Virus record (IMG/VR): IMGVR_UViG_3300050821_008688
Span: 35,669 to 99,668 of that record
Origin: a virus
Reading direction: 5' to 3' (one strand)
DNA length: 64,000 nt
Part shown: piece after piece, positions 20,766-31,135 of the stretch
How the letters are laid out: the number at the start of each line of letters is the position of its first letter
Numbering within the stretch: the stretch's first letter is position 1
The notes under the pieces: generated by a model
The model's input: only the letters and a program-made list of their open reading frames with translations
Told to the model about the DNA's origin: nothing
The model's database searches: none
Made by a program: the position numbers and the translations under genes

Positions 20766-21755
20766 ATGGCAAACACTGTTATAAATTATGCTACTTTTCT
20801 CATTCAGGGTGACGGGTCGTCGCTAACCGCGACCATTCCTCTCGGCTACACCCCTACATCTGCTGTTCTTATAGATGCTGCAAATAATTTGGGTGTGGAT
20901 GTCTCGGCGAATATTTCTAACATCACGATAAGCGGCACAAATCTTCTTGTCAATTTTGTGGCCGCTTTCTCGTATCTCGCAACGCTACTGATAAATATTC
21001 AGCCGATTGAAGTTTCTGCGGTTGTGGTGCAACCGGTCAGCGGTACAATTTCTGTTTCAAATTTTCCTGCGACGCAGCCAGTATCTGGGACAATCGCAGC
21101 CACGCAATCGGGAACGTGGAACATTGGCACGATTACGACTGTGACTACGGTGGCCGCAGTGACCGCGATTACGAATGCGCTTCCTGCGGGCGCAAACACG
21201 ATTGGCAAAGTGGATTTACTTGGTAACGCAGGCGCTATACTTGATGGTGTGATTACGGCGGCTACGGCTCCGGCGAACGGACTCGTTGGTTTGTCTGTGT
21301 ATGAATCTACCGCGCCTTCTCTGACAACCGGGCAATCTGTTGCACAGCAATGTGATTATGCAGGAAGTGTTTTTGTTAAGCCTGTTCGTCGGAGTCAATC
21401 GGCTCAAGCGAACGGAACAATAGCATCCACGACAGCCGCCACCATGTTGGCTGCGCAAGGCAGCGGTATTTTTGCCGACCTTGCTAGTCTCGTGCTGACT
21501 GTAACCGCCGTCAGTACGGCGGCAATCATCACGGTGAACATTTCAGACGGCACGAACACATATAAATTTGCGACGGCACCGAACCAAAGCGGTACAGGTA
21601 CTAGTGCCGAACAGGTGGGATTTGCTCCGTTCACTATGAATTGGAACATTCCAATTCCCGCAACGACCGCTAACGTCGCTTGGACCATAGCACTGAGCGC
21701 GGCGGATTGCACTGTGGCATATGTAGCAACTTTCACTTTGCAGAAGGCAAGTTAA
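20766..21755 (+). CDS. virion structural or fibre-like protein
   Basis: QPVSGT repeats; LPAGANTIGKV. Confidence 0.6.
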   Translation: MANTVINYATFLIQGDGSSLTATIPLGYTPTSAVLIDAANNLGVDVSANISNITISGTNLLVNFVAAFSYLATLLINIQPIEVSAVVVQPVSGTISVSNFPATQPVSGTIAATQSGTWNIGTITTVTTVAAVTAITNALPAGANTIGKVDLLGNAGAILDGVITAATAPANGLVGLSVYESTAPSLTTGQSVAQQCDYAGSVFVKPVRRSQSAQANGTIASTTAATMLAAQGSGIFADLASLVLTVTAVSTAAIITVNISDGTNTYKFATAPNQSGTGTSAEQVGFAPFTMNWNIPIPATTANVAWTIALSAADCTVAYVATFTLQKAS

Positions 21756-21764
21756 GGTGCGCTG

Positions 21765-22481
21765 ATGGCTCCAGCCTTCGTTCAGGCGTGCGTAAATACG
21801 AATACCGGTATAGCGACAGCGACCGCTACGTTTGGTAGTAACGTTACAGCCGGAAACTTGCTTGTTGTCTTGGCGTGCTCTACTCAAGCCACGACTCCGG
21901 CGTCTTCTTTTTCTCTCTCGGATACGCTCGCCAACAAATGGAACCCTGTTTGGCCTACGCCACAGAATCCATCTGGTGGCTCTATCGCGAAATTTATTCA
22001 GGGGTGGTGGACGATAAACACAACTACGGGAGCCGACACTGTTACCAACGTGACGAACCAGACTTTGTTTGGCACCAACATTTTATATGCCGCCGAGTTC
22101 TCTTTGGGATTTTCCTTGGCGGGAGTGGACCAAATGTTAGCCGCTGCGGGAGCCGGTTCTTCTTCTGTGGACCCGCTGAGTTTTACTACTACGCGGAATA
22201 ATGAAATTGTTTTTGTTTTTGGTTTTACCAACCCAACAATAAGTTGGAGCGGGGTCACGGTTAACTCACCGTTTGTGTTTGCGGCGTCCACGGGCGCTTT
22301 TGATGGTTTTTGTGCGTACGCTATCGCTCCCACAGCGGGAGCGTATGGATTCGGCGGCACGTATACCGGGTCAGGTTCTGGCGCGAACACTAACGCATCG
22401 GCGGGATTTTCAATTGGTCCAGCTACTATTCCCGGTACGGCACAGGGACCATCTTTGATGCAGTTTGGACTTGGAATGTAG
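21765..22481 (+). CDS. beta-rich virion protein
   Basis: AFVQ...FGSNVTAGNLLVV...SDTLANKW pattern. Confidence 0.55.
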   Translation: MAPAFVQACVNTNTGIATATATFGSNVTAGNLLVVLACSTQATTPASSFSLSDTLANKWNPVWPTPQNPSGGSIAKFIQGWWTINTTTGADTVTNVTNQTLFGTNILYAAEFSLGFSLAGVDQMLAAAGAGSSSVDPLSFTTTRNNEIVFVFGFTNPTISWSGVTVNSPFVFAASTGAFDGFCAYAIAPTAGAYGFGGTYTGSGSGANTNASAGFSIGPATIPGTAQGPSLMQFGLGM

Positions 22482-22802
22482 ATGGAGGATGCTATGAGCA
22501 TTGAACTGATTTTACTTTTTGGGATTGCGCTACTGGCGTCGGGAAATCTCTACGCATCTATATCGCTCTTGCTGCGGAAGTCTGCGATTGTACCGCACGC
22601 GACTGTATCGCAGCCGCAACCGGTTCCCGCGTCACTGCTCGCTTCTTTGTCTGCACTAACACAGCCTGCGGGGAAAAATACTATCCTTACGAGCGCGCCG
22701 CCCGCGCTGGCTGCAAATACAAGAGAGTGTGCGGTATGTTACCGAGTAGTGGCCCGATATAACGCAAATGGGGTTTGTGCTAACTGCGCTCCACCGAAAT
22801 AA
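22482..22802 (+). CDS. membrane-anchored protein with C-terminal zinc finger
   Basis: N-terminal TM; CAVC...CANC. Confidence 0.55.
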   Translation: MEDAMSIELILLFGIALLASGNLYASISLLLRKSAIVPHATVSQPQPVPASLLASLSALTQPAGKNTILTSAPPALAANTRECAVCYRVVARYNANGVCANCAPPK

Positions 22803-22818
22803 GACTTTCTGTTCTATA
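22803..22818 (+). promoter_or_regulatory. putative late promoter GACT-N7-CTATA
   Basis: repeated motif. Confidence 0.65.
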
Positions 22819-22835
22819 GGTGAGAGGCTACTTCT

Positions 22836-24090
22836 ATGGCTGTTCTGTCGTCTGCGACTCGTAAAGCGATGCCGAAAAAGCAGTTTGCGCTTCCCGGAAA
22901 ACGGGAGGGCGGGAAAGGTGGCTATCCAATCCCAGACGCGACCCACGGGCGTAACGCATTAGCGCGCGTAGCGCAGCACGGTACTCCCTCGGAGAAGGCT
23001 ACGGTACGCGCAAAGGTACACGCGAAGTTCCCCGGCATCGGTGGGTTGTCTAAACCGGGCGCAAAAGCAGGAAAATAATCCATGCTGAAGGTGAAGATTA
23101 AAGCCGAGGGCACGGAAGCGAAAAAGATTTTGATGAAGTCGGGAATCAAAGGTTTGAACAAACCGGCTTCTAAGGGAAAAAAAGATGGCAACGGAAGATG
23201 ATGGCGGGGTCACAAAAGCAGTTAGTGGCGCGAAAGCTGCGCTAACGCAAGCGCGCGCAAAATTTCCGCAGCCAAAAGCGGTTCCGTCTGCGACGCCGCG
23301 CATCGCGTCGCCCACGATGACGCCTGTGGCGAAACCAAGTCTTGGTGATGAGTTGAAATCAAAGTCAACCAACATAGACCAGTATATACAGTCCGTTCCG
23401 AAAATGCATACTGGTGGGCCGGTTAAGGTATCCGGTATTTATCATCTGAAGGCGGATGAACACGTTCTTACGGCCAAAGATGCGAAGAGTTTGAAAGACG
23501 CGCACGGCAAAGCAAAAACAATTCTTTCAATGACTCAGGGATTGAAATCTTTGCATCGCGCGGGAGCGATGCCGCCTCCAGCGCCGTCAAATACTGAAGG
23601 TTCGCTGTCAACCGATAAGACGGAAAATAATTCAATGTCTATTGAGACGCCGAAGCCCGTACCGCCGAAGGGTAGCGTTGAACCGAAACCAAAAAGTAAT
23701 CCCTCGGGATACCCTGTGGAAACACCGGGACATCGCGAGGAAAAGGCTTAATTTTAGAGGAGTACCACAATGATTATGGCAAAAGGAAATTCTGGCGCGA
23801 ACAAAGCACCTCAACCGAAGCACGTTTCGGTTTTTAAGGGAATTAAGGGTCTGGTCGCCTCGGGTCCGGGAATGACAAAGGCAGTGAAGCACGGTGTGAT
23901 TCGTCCCGAGAGCAACCCTGTCCACATTGACGCGGGGAACCTGAAGAAATCCACGAGTGTGTCGGCGACTCCTGCGGGCGCTCCGAAGAAAATTACAACG
24001 AGCGGTCATAAGGGCGTGCTTGTTCCGCATAATCCCGAGCCTGCAATTCGCCGGGACTCTGCGAGCGTCGTGAAACCGTTTAAGAACTAA
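22836..24090 (+). other. four small Lys-rich late proteins (22836-23078, 23082-23201, 23185-23751, 23770-24090), candidate internal head proteins
   Basis: highly basic; YPIPDATHGRNALARV in the first; shared GL(S/N)KP tail in the first two. Confidence 0.55.
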
Positions 24091-24101
24091 GGGAGAGTCA
24101 A

Positions 24102-24764
24102 ATGGGAATTCCACGTACAATCGGTGCTGTAGCTGTGGGGGCTTTGCCTCCTACTCCCGTGTATCATGGGCCGATTATTCCGGCTGTCAGTTTTTCAATT
24201 CTTAACGGTATCGCCACGATTGTGCTTAACGTGGCGGGGTTGACGCCGCCCGCTTTTCCAACGAACGGCTATAATGGGCCGAACGGTTACCCGCTCCCGC
24301 TAAACTTGGGGAATAACGGGCAGTTTGATATTCACGGCGGCATTAACGTCGCGAACGCGGGCAGCGGTGGTCCTGCGGGCGGGCAGCAAGTCACTCTGTG
24401 GGGTTTCACGACTGCGACATATTTCAATGGTAGAACCGTCACAGTTCTTGATTGTAACCCTGCATTAAATTCATTCCGATTTTATTTCAATAACGCGAAC
24501 GTTGCGTCAACAGCGGATGCAGGCAATACCGCGACTTCGCCGTTCCAGCACTATCGTGTAGTTCGGCTTGAATGCAGTCAGACTCTCGGCACCGATATTA
24601 TTTATGTCGGCGACTTGAACGTTTCCTCGACGCGATATTTTGCGGCGCTTTCTTTGGCGGGTCAGTTCTCAATTGAAGTGGCGAGCGAGAATATTCCTGC
24701 CGACCGAATCTGGATAACGGGCACGGGTCCAACAGACTCAGTACAAGTGTCGTTGATTTATTAA
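24102..24764 (+). CDS. virion structural protein
   Basis: beta-rich; GGAG RBS; late module. Confidence 0.55.
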   Translation: MGIPRTIGAVAVGALPPTPVYHGPIIPAVSFSILNGIATIVLNVAGLTPPAFPTNGYNGPNGYPLPLNLGNNGQFDIHGGINVANAGSGGPAGGQQVTLWGFTTATYFNGRTVTVLDCNPALNSFRFYFNNANVASTADAGNTATSPFQHYRVVRLECSQTLGTDIIYVGDLNVSSTRYFAALSLAGQFSIEVASENIPADRIWITGTGPTDSVQVSLIY

Positions 24765-24777
24765 TTGAGGAGAGTTC

Positions 24778-25251
24778 ATGGCGGTAATCGGCGGAACAGA
24801 GATTATAGAAACTCGGGGAAGCGGCGGCGCGCCTCTTAATTCTCCCGCGTTCACCGGAACACCAACCGCACCGACTGCGGCTCCGGGAACTAACACTACT
24901 CAAATTGCAACCACGGCCTTTGTCACGGCGGCAGTTTTAGTAGAAACGAATCGTGCGGAAGCAGCGGAAGCCGCACTTCCACAGCGAATCGCTAGCGGTA
25001 CCGCCGCATTGGGAACAACCGCTATCCCGGCCAATACCGCAGAAGCCACGGTCACCGTTGCGGCTGCGGGAGTTCTTGCTACGGACTCTATTGAGTGGGC
25101 ATTTAATGCTGCGCCGGGAACGGGATATGTTACGGGTCTATATGTTTTAGCGTACGTTACCGCAGGCAATGTGAACTTCGTTGTTGTGAACCCGACTGCG
25201 GGGGCGCTAACACCTGCGGCGGCAACTTTGAACTGGCGCGTAATCCGCTAA
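24778..25251 (+). CDS. tail-fibre-repeat protein
   Basis: APLNSPAFTGTPTAPTAAPGTNTTQIATTAFV, a common phage fibre repeat. Confidence 0.75.
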   Translation: MAVIGGTEIIETRGSGGAPLNSPAFTGTPTAPTAAPGTNTTQIATTAFVTAAVLVETNRAEAAEAALPQRIASGTAALGTTAIPANTAEATVTVAAAGVLATDSIEWAFNAAPGTGYVTGLYVLAYVTAGNVNFVVVNPTAGALTPAAATLNWRVIR

Positions 25252-25273
25252 AATTACTCGGGGGAGCAGCCTC

Positions 25274-27181
25274 GTGAATCGTAATCACCTTCAAGACTAT
25301 ATAAAATCTGTTGACCTGACAAATTTCCCTCGCGGGTTCATGACGTGGTTTAATCAGGCAAAAAAAGATACCCCAGAGAAAATTGAACAGTGGTATAAAG
25401 ACCGCTACGAGTGTTTGTGTGACCCGATAGCTTTGGGCGGGTATGCTCCGGTAACACAGACAGACCCGGATGCGCCTGAAGAATGGGTACCAATTCTTGG
25501 AATGGACTTTCAAGAAAATCCACATAGGCTTCTGTTCAGCCAGTTTGTTCAGACGAAGCCGGGAGAGGGCGTTGTATTGTCTAACTTGGACACGACGGTC
25601 AAAAAGAGAATGATTCTATGGCAGCGCGGCGTATTCAAAACCAGCGCAGTCCGCGTAGACATTGTTCAGAAAATTTTAAACTACCCCAACATTCGTATTT
25701 GCTTCCTCACGGGTGGCGACCAACTTGCCAAGCGGCAACTCGCGACAATCAAACAATTTTTTGAGAAGCCGACCCCGCGTTTCAAATTTCTCTTTCCCGA
25801 ATTTTGTCTGAAGAGTGTACAGACTAAGAAAGCAATAGGTATAGATAGCGACGGCGAGCCCGTACGCGCGTGGGAAGACCGGCTCTGCAAAATGGGTACC
25901 GCCCACGAGTTCACGGTACCTGCGCGTACTAATACGACGTTCCCGGAACCTACGTTTGCTATCTCCACGGCGAAATCAGTAAAGGCGGGCTCTCACTACG
26001 ACATAATTTACATTGACGACCTTGTGAACGAGACGAACTATCGTAGTGTGCCTGCACTAGAGAAATGCTATCAGGACTATATAGACATTTGCCCGCTGCT
26101 CACGGTGACGGGCTACATGATTTTGACGGGTACTCGATATAGTTTTGGTGATACCTACGAGCGCATTCAGGAGTTAGCCAAACAAGAAGAGACGGAGACG
26201 GGTAAAACTATTTGGAAGTTTTCAATTCGAGACTGCTGGAGTCTTGGTTGCGCGAACTGCTCGCACACGGATGTCTACCACGACAGAGGTATCAACATTC
26301 TTGAGCCTCCATGCACTGTGGAGGGTTGTAAGTGTATCGGATTTGCTCCGAATGGTGTGAAAGGGGTTTTATTTCCAGAAGCGATAACACATGATGGAAA
26401 TCCAATTGGCGATACGGTAGAGTCGCTAGAAGCCAAACGCCGTGAATTGGGCGCTGAATTTTTTGCGAATCAGTACGAAAATAATCCAATTGCTTCGGGT
26501 ACACAGACGTTCACTCAGGAGATAATTGACGTTCAAACGCTTCATCATCTCTCGCAGTTTCCGCAGCCTAATCAGTCTTTTGTTTTCGCGGTTGGTGACC
26601 TTGCGTACGTTGGAGAAGAGGGGCGAGATTTTTCGGTAATTTATCTGTGTCGCCTGTTTCAAGGACAAATTTTTGTTTATGACTGCATGTTCGGTAATTG
26701 GGACTCAGGCAAAGTGTCTGACATTACGATGGATATTTTACTGAAACACCGGCCTAACATCATCTACTACGAAAAATTCAACGGGTGGGAGTCGTACAAC
26801 AACAACATCACGGCGAAAGCGGCAGCGATGGGCATTCAGAAGGTGCCTATTGAGTGGGTAAAAATCTCGCACGTAAAGAACGCCAAGCTGATTCGCATCG
26901 GGTCCATCAAAGGTGTGCTTACAAACCACCGGCTCTGGTTGTATGCAGGGATGTTGGGGTTCGCTAAACTGGTTCAGCAACTTTTGAAATGGCCTAAACT
27001 CGGGCGTCACGACGATTTTGGAGACTGTTTGGGGCAGGTTGTAGCTGCGCCGACCGGCTATCAGCTTACCGTTCCGCCTACACAAGTGGCCGTATCAAAC
27101 TGGTTGCGCAAACTCAATCAGGCAGCCCCCGTGGACGACTCATACACCGACAACGGCTGTGGAACTGGCATTATTTGTTGA
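25274..27181 (+). CDS. terL: terminase large subunit
   Basis: QRGVFKTS Walker-A variant, GSHYDIIYIDD Walker B, GTRY, QYENNP, VGDLA, HDDFGD. Confidence 0.92.
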   Translation: MNRNHLQDYIKSVDLTNFPRGFMTWFNQAKKDTPEKIEQWYKDRYECLCDPIALGGYAPVTQTDPDAPEEWVPILGMDFQENPHRLLFSQFVQTKPGEGVVLSNLDTTVKKRMILWQRGVFKTSAVRVDIVQKILNYPNIRICFLTGGDQLAKRQLATIKQFFEKPTPRFKFLFPEFCLKSVQTKKAIGIDSDGEPVRAWEDRLCKMGTAHEFTVPARTNTTFPEPTFAISTAKSVKAGSHYDIIYIDDLVNETNYRSVPALEKCYQDYIDICPLLTVTGYMILTGTRYSFGDTYERIQELAKQEETETGKTIWKFSIRDCWSLGCANCSHTDVYHDRGINILEPPCTVEGCKCIGFAPNGVKGVLFPEAITHDGNPIGDTVESLEAKRRELGAEFFANQYENNPIASGTQTFTQEIIDVQTLHHLSQFPQPNQSFVFAVGDLAYVGEEGRDFSVIYLCRLFQGQIFVYDCMFGNWDSGKVSDITMDILLKHRPNIIYYEKFNGWESYNNNITAKAAAMGIQKVPIEWVKISHVKNAKLIRIGSIKGVLTNHRLWLYAGMLGFAKLVQQLLKWPKLGRHDDFGDCLGQVVAAPTGYQLTVPPTQVAVSNWLRKLNQAAPVDDSYTDNGCGTGIIC

Positions 27182-27187
27182 TTTTAA

Positions 27188-27203
27188 GACTTTTTGTTCT
27201 ATA
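27188..27203 (+). promoter_or_regulatory. putative late promoter GACT-N7-CTATA
   Basis: repeated motif. Confidence 0.65.
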
Positions 27204-27216
27204 GACGAGAGCAACT

Positions 27217-29445
27217 ATGTCCGATAAAGACGCTATCACTACTGTCCATTTCAAGGATGAAGGGCAAATCCGTATCCTAGACCTTCCCGGAGCCGTAGAT
27301 TACGGGATATTTGCGCTTCCAATTGGTCCTACTGAGGTTGGATTTGCTGACCAACCGCGTGATGACGTGTCAATGTTGAAGGAAGCGAATCTCAACCGAG
27401 AGGAATCGGAAAGTTTTATCGCAACTCGTGGTTTAATCGGACGCTGGAACACCGCTGAACTTATGCTTCGCGCGTGGGTTGAGCCGATTAAGTGGAAAGG
27501 TAGCGAACAGTTTCGGTCTCACCTCGGAATTCCGCTTGTCGCGGAACAATTTTACAGTATTCACAGTGTTGTGAACCAGACTTTGTTTGGCGGCTATCGA
27601 GTTTTCAAAATTGACGCTACTTCTGGCACGCCACTAGAGTGCGCGCTGGCGCAGGAAGCTATTTTGAAAGCTGAATTGCGAACCTGCGGCTTTAAAGGTG
27701 TGTCTGCGAAGTCCGAGATGCGGGAAATTACATACGACGGAATTTTTTACGGTTTCGGCGTCGCGATGATTGGTTGGAAAACAATCAAGCAGAACATCAT
27801 CAAGAAAGTTCAGAAACTGCACACACAAACAACGACCATTAATGGTATTTTAATTCAAGTTCCAGACCCAGACCAAGACACTATCGATGACGTGGAAGAT
27901 AAAGTCATCGGCATTCAAGAATTTAACTCTCCAGTTTTGGAGCATGTGCCTCTTCGTCGCGCGCGCTACGCACCAGACCTTCGCCGAGGAGACCCGCGCT
28001 GCGCAGAATGGTTCGGACGCATCATTTATCCGACCGGATACGACCTTGACGCGCTCCGCAACACTGTGGGATGGAAAATTCCGGCTCGTCCAGACCTTGT
28101 AAAGTTGACGACACCGCAAATGCAGGATGAAGCCGCTACAAATCCGCTGGAAACTCTCGGGTCTAACACTGGGAACCCGATTTTTCAGCAAACAACGACT
28201 CCACAGAAGGCGTATCCTGAAAATTATACCGAACGCACCGCGCACGACCCGCTGATGCGGAAATTTGAGGTGTTTGACTACTGGACTGCGGTTCGGCACT
28301 GTGTGATTTTGAATAAACAGTACGTTTTGCTAAATGAAATGCATAAATTTGGTCGTGTACCGTTCTTGGGCTTTTGTTTCCGCAACGCTCCTGACTCTGC
28401 GAACGGATATGGCGTCGCTTTTTGGCTCACAGACTTTCAGCGGGTTTGTCAGGGCGTTATCAACGCCTATTTGGACGACATGAACCTGAATTTGATGGGC
28501 GTTTACACTTCTCCGGCTGGCGCGAACAATTCTGCGCAAGCCCAGTGGATTTTCCCCGGAAAAGTTTTCAAATCTGACCCGCAGGGCAAGGTTGAAGCCT
28601 TGGAACGCAACGGAGTGGACGCAAAAGAACCTCTGGCGGTCATTGCGCAAATGAAAACGTGGGCGGCGTCGATTGTTGGCGGCGGTCCCGGCACTTTAGG
28701 CTCAAATCCCGGCGCTGCGGGCGATATGCGTACACCTGCGGGTGTCGCGGCCATCTCGGGCGGTGAAACCGTCAAGATGCAAGACTTGATTGACGTGATT
28801 TCTGAACAGGTCTTCATTCCGTTCTTGGAATTTTGTGTGGAGCACAACAAGAAACTAAAGCCGTCGCAGGTTCGTGACATGCTCTCACAAGAACTGGGTG
28901 ATGCTTTCAGAGAGACACCACTGAACGTACTTAATGGCACTTATAAAATAGAAATCTCTGCCGGAACTAAACTTGCGGCGCGCGAACTACTCAACAAGTA
29001 TATGGGTGTTCTCCAAACGTTCCTACAATCACCGGGCACTGTTGAGAATCTTGCTGTGCAGGCGATGAAACTTGATTATAACGCCATGTTTGAGGCGCTT
29101 TATGACAGCTTCGGTGTGCCGTATAAGGAAAAGATTATCGTCCCGATGAACGCCGAGGATAAACAGCGCGCGATGATGAATACTCAAGCCGCTGCAATGC
29201 AGGGGAAAGCGGCTATTGAACAGTTGAAGGGTCAAGTAAAGCAGAGCGTGGATAATAATCAGTCTGAGAATCGTATGATTATTGAAACCGGTAAGCACAC
29301 GTTGAAGTCTCAAGGTACCGACCACGAGGCTGCGATTGACGCGGCGCAGGCGAAGGCGGAAGCGGCCACACCAGAAGCGCAGGGGCTAGACCGCGCGGCA
29401 CGCAGTTCATTTGCGAAATCCGATTCAGTTGCGTTTGGTAGCTAA
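27217..29445 (+). CDS. portal protein
   Basis: 742 aa, directly after TerL; helical; YGFGVAMIGW and GYGVAFWLTDFQRVCQGVINAYLD; Q/A-rich tail. Confidence 0.8.
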   Translation: MSDKDAITTVHFKDEGQIRILDLPGAVDYGIFALPIGPTEVGFADQPRDDVSMLKEANLNREESESFIATRGLIGRWNTAELMLRAWVEPIKWKGSEQFRSHLGIPLVAEQFYSIHSVVNQTLFGGYRVFKIDATSGTPLECALAQEAILKAELRTCGFKGVSAKSEMREITYDGIFYGFGVAMIGWKTIKQNIIKKVQKLHTQTTTINGILIQVPDPDQDTIDDVEDKVIGIQEFNSPVLEHVPLRRARYAPDLRRGDPRCAEWFGRIIYPTGYDLDALRNTVGWKIPARPDLVKLTTPQMQDEAATNPLETLGSNTGNPIFQQTTTPQKAYPENYTERTAHDPLMRKFEVFDYWTAVRHCVILNKQYVLLNEMHKFGRVPFLGFCFRNAPDSANGYGVAFWLTDFQRVCQGVINAYLDDMNLNLMGVYTSPAGANNSAQAQWIFPGKVFKSDPQGKVEALERNGVDAKEPLAVIAQMKTWAASIVGGGPGTLGSNPGAAGDMRTPAGVAAISGGETVKMQDLIDVISEQVFIPFLEFCVEHNKKLKPSQVRDMLSQELGDAFRETPLNVLNGTYKIEISAGTKLAARELLNKYMGVLQTFLQSPGTVENLAVQAMKLDYNAMFEALYDSFGVPYKEKIIVPMNAEDKQRAMMNTQAAAMQGKAAIEQLKGQVKQSVDNNQSENRMIIETGKHTLKSQGTDHEAAIDAAQAKAEAATPEAQGLDRAARSSFAKSDSVAFGS

Positions 29446-29465
29446 GGTTGACACAGAGCAACATC

Positions 29466-29888
29466 ATGAGCGACGAGAAGCAACCGGAAGTAACTGTAGC
29501 TACACCAATCATACCAAGAACCACTCCGAATATTGAGCGCGCCAATCGGCTTATGAGTTTGAAAAGCCACCCCGGCTTCTATGACTGGCTCCGCATCTCG
29601 CAAGAACTTGTGGACGAAGCCGCCGCCGTTTCTATTGACTACGGTGGATGGGACGCGCAGCAAATTACTGTTCTGAAGTGTCGAGCGCAGGCTGCGAAAG
29701 AGCATCACCAGCTTATGATTGCCAAAATGTTGGATGCAATTCGGATTGGAGTAGAGGAAGCCCGAGTACAAATGACCGTGGAGCCTCAAAAAACAACCGC
29801 CGAAATGATTGAACAGGGTGACTTGGTCAGAATAAAAACGCTGGAACATTTTGACGAGATGGACGGACGCGTGGCTGGAAGTTATTGA
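29466..29888 (+). CDS. hypothetical protein between portal and scaffold
   Basis: LKSHPGF helical protein in a conserved position. Confidence 0.6.
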   Translation: MSDEKQPEVTVATPIIPRTTPNIERANRLMSLKSHPGFYDWLRISQELVDEAAAVSIDYGGWDAQQITVLKCRAQAAKEHHQLMIAKMLDAIRIGVEEARVQMTVEPQKTTAEMIEQGDLVRIKTLEHFDEMDGRVAGSY

Positions 29889-29915
29889 GTTGTTGAAAAC
29901 TTATTACAAGTTTTG

Positions 29916-29931
29916 GACTAATCAACCTATA
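29916..29931 (+). promoter_or_regulatory. putative late promoter GACT-N7-CTATA
   Basis: repeated motif. Confidence 0.6.
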
Positions 29932-29949
29932 GTGTAGGGGAGAAAAATC

Positions 29950-31083
29950 ATGTCTGAACCTTCTGTTGAAGTGGTGATGACCGAAGAAATGAAAGCCGCC
30001 GTTGCTGCGGCCACGAGTCCCGAAGCAATTCGTTTGGCTGTTATGGCTGGAGTTGAGAAGCAGTTTGCAGACTTGAAGGCGAAGAATGCTGAAGCTGAAG
30101 CTACTGCTGCGGCGACCGCTGCTGCTGCCGCTGCTGATGCCAACGCTCCGAAAGTTTTTACGCGTACCGAGACCATTAACGGTCGTGAGTTTATTTTTGA
30201 GGCTGAGAGTGAATTGGAATTAGAGCGCACGGTTAATAATGCACTCCGAGTTGGCATGATGGTACAACAGCCGACTGAGCAGCCCACGGTGGTTGTTGAA
30301 GACCCCGGTGCTGCGCGCGCGGCTGCGGCTGAAGCTGCTACGGCTGCTGCGGAGCAAGCTGCTGCGAATGCCGAGCTTGAATTAAAGTTCAAACGTGGTG
30401 AGATTGACGTAAAAACTTATCTGGAACAGTCGGGAGCCGTGCGCGACTACCTCGCGCAACAGGGCATTCCTATTGATGATTTGAAGGCTTCGGTTGAACA
30501 GACGCAGAGCAAAACCTACGAACAGTCGTGGGCGGATGCTACGGAAGAATTTTTGAATGGTCCATACGGTTCGGACTGGCCGGGTGGAGACCAAAATCGC
30601 GAAATTTTGGGAATGAAACTTGTGCAGCTTGGATTGGAAGACGCGCCTGATAAAGTTCAGGCGTTGGCTCAAGCCTATGCTGCACTGAAATCCAGTAAAA
30701 CACTTTTTCCGTATGTACCTCCGGCTGATACTCCGGCTGCAACTCCTACTGCCGCACCTGCGGCAACACCGACTGCGGCACCTGCGGCTACTCCAACGGC
30801 GGCTCCTCCGGCTGGTACGACTACGGCAACGCCTGCGGCACAAGTTGCAGCGGCAACACGACAAGCACCGCAGACTGCGCCAACTTCTTCGACAATATTT
30901 AGCGCGAGTTCTGGCGTGGGTGCGGGTACTCAGGTCACGCCGCATCAAGTAGAGGCCGCGAAACTAATTCCTCCTGAAGCAACGCCTCAACAGATTCTTG
31001 ATGAGTGGAAGCAGCAAACTTTACGAGCAGGAAAGAATCTGGATTCTGAATTTATTCAGACCTATAACGGGCGACCGGCCTAA
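29950..31083 (+). CDS. capsid scaffolding protein (putative)
   Basis: acidic and Ala-rich with PAATPTAA repeats; immediately precedes the capsid gene. Confidence 0.7.
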   Translation: MSEPSVEVVMTEEMKAAVAAATSPEAIRLAVMAGVEKQFADLKAKNAEAEATAAATAAAAAADANAPKVFTRTETINGREFIFEAESELELERTVNNALRVGMMVQQPTEQPTVVVEDPGAARAAAAEAATAAAEQAAANAELELKFKRGEIDVKTYLEQSGAVRDYLAQQGIPIDDLKASVEQTQSKTYEQSWADATEEFLNGPYGSDWPGGDQNREILGMKLVQLGLEDAPDKVQALAQAYAALKSSKTLFPYVPPADTPAATPTAAPAATPTAAPAATPTAAPPAGTTTATPAAQVAAATRQAPQTAPTSSTIFSASSGVGAGTQVTPHQVEAAKLIPPEATPQQILDEWKQQTLRAGKNLDSEFIQTYNGRPA

Positions 31084-31099
31084 AATTCTTTAGGTTTGT

Positions 31100-31115
31100 G
31101 ACTATCGAATCTATA
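31100..31115 (+). promoter_or_regulatory. putative late promoter GACT-N7-CTATA
   Basis: repeated motif. Confidence 0.65.
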
Positions 31116-31135
31116 ATTGAGAGAGGTATCATACC

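Noticed and set aside
30720-30840. Tandem DNA repeats
   Set aside because: They simply encode the PAATPTAA linker of the scaffold protein
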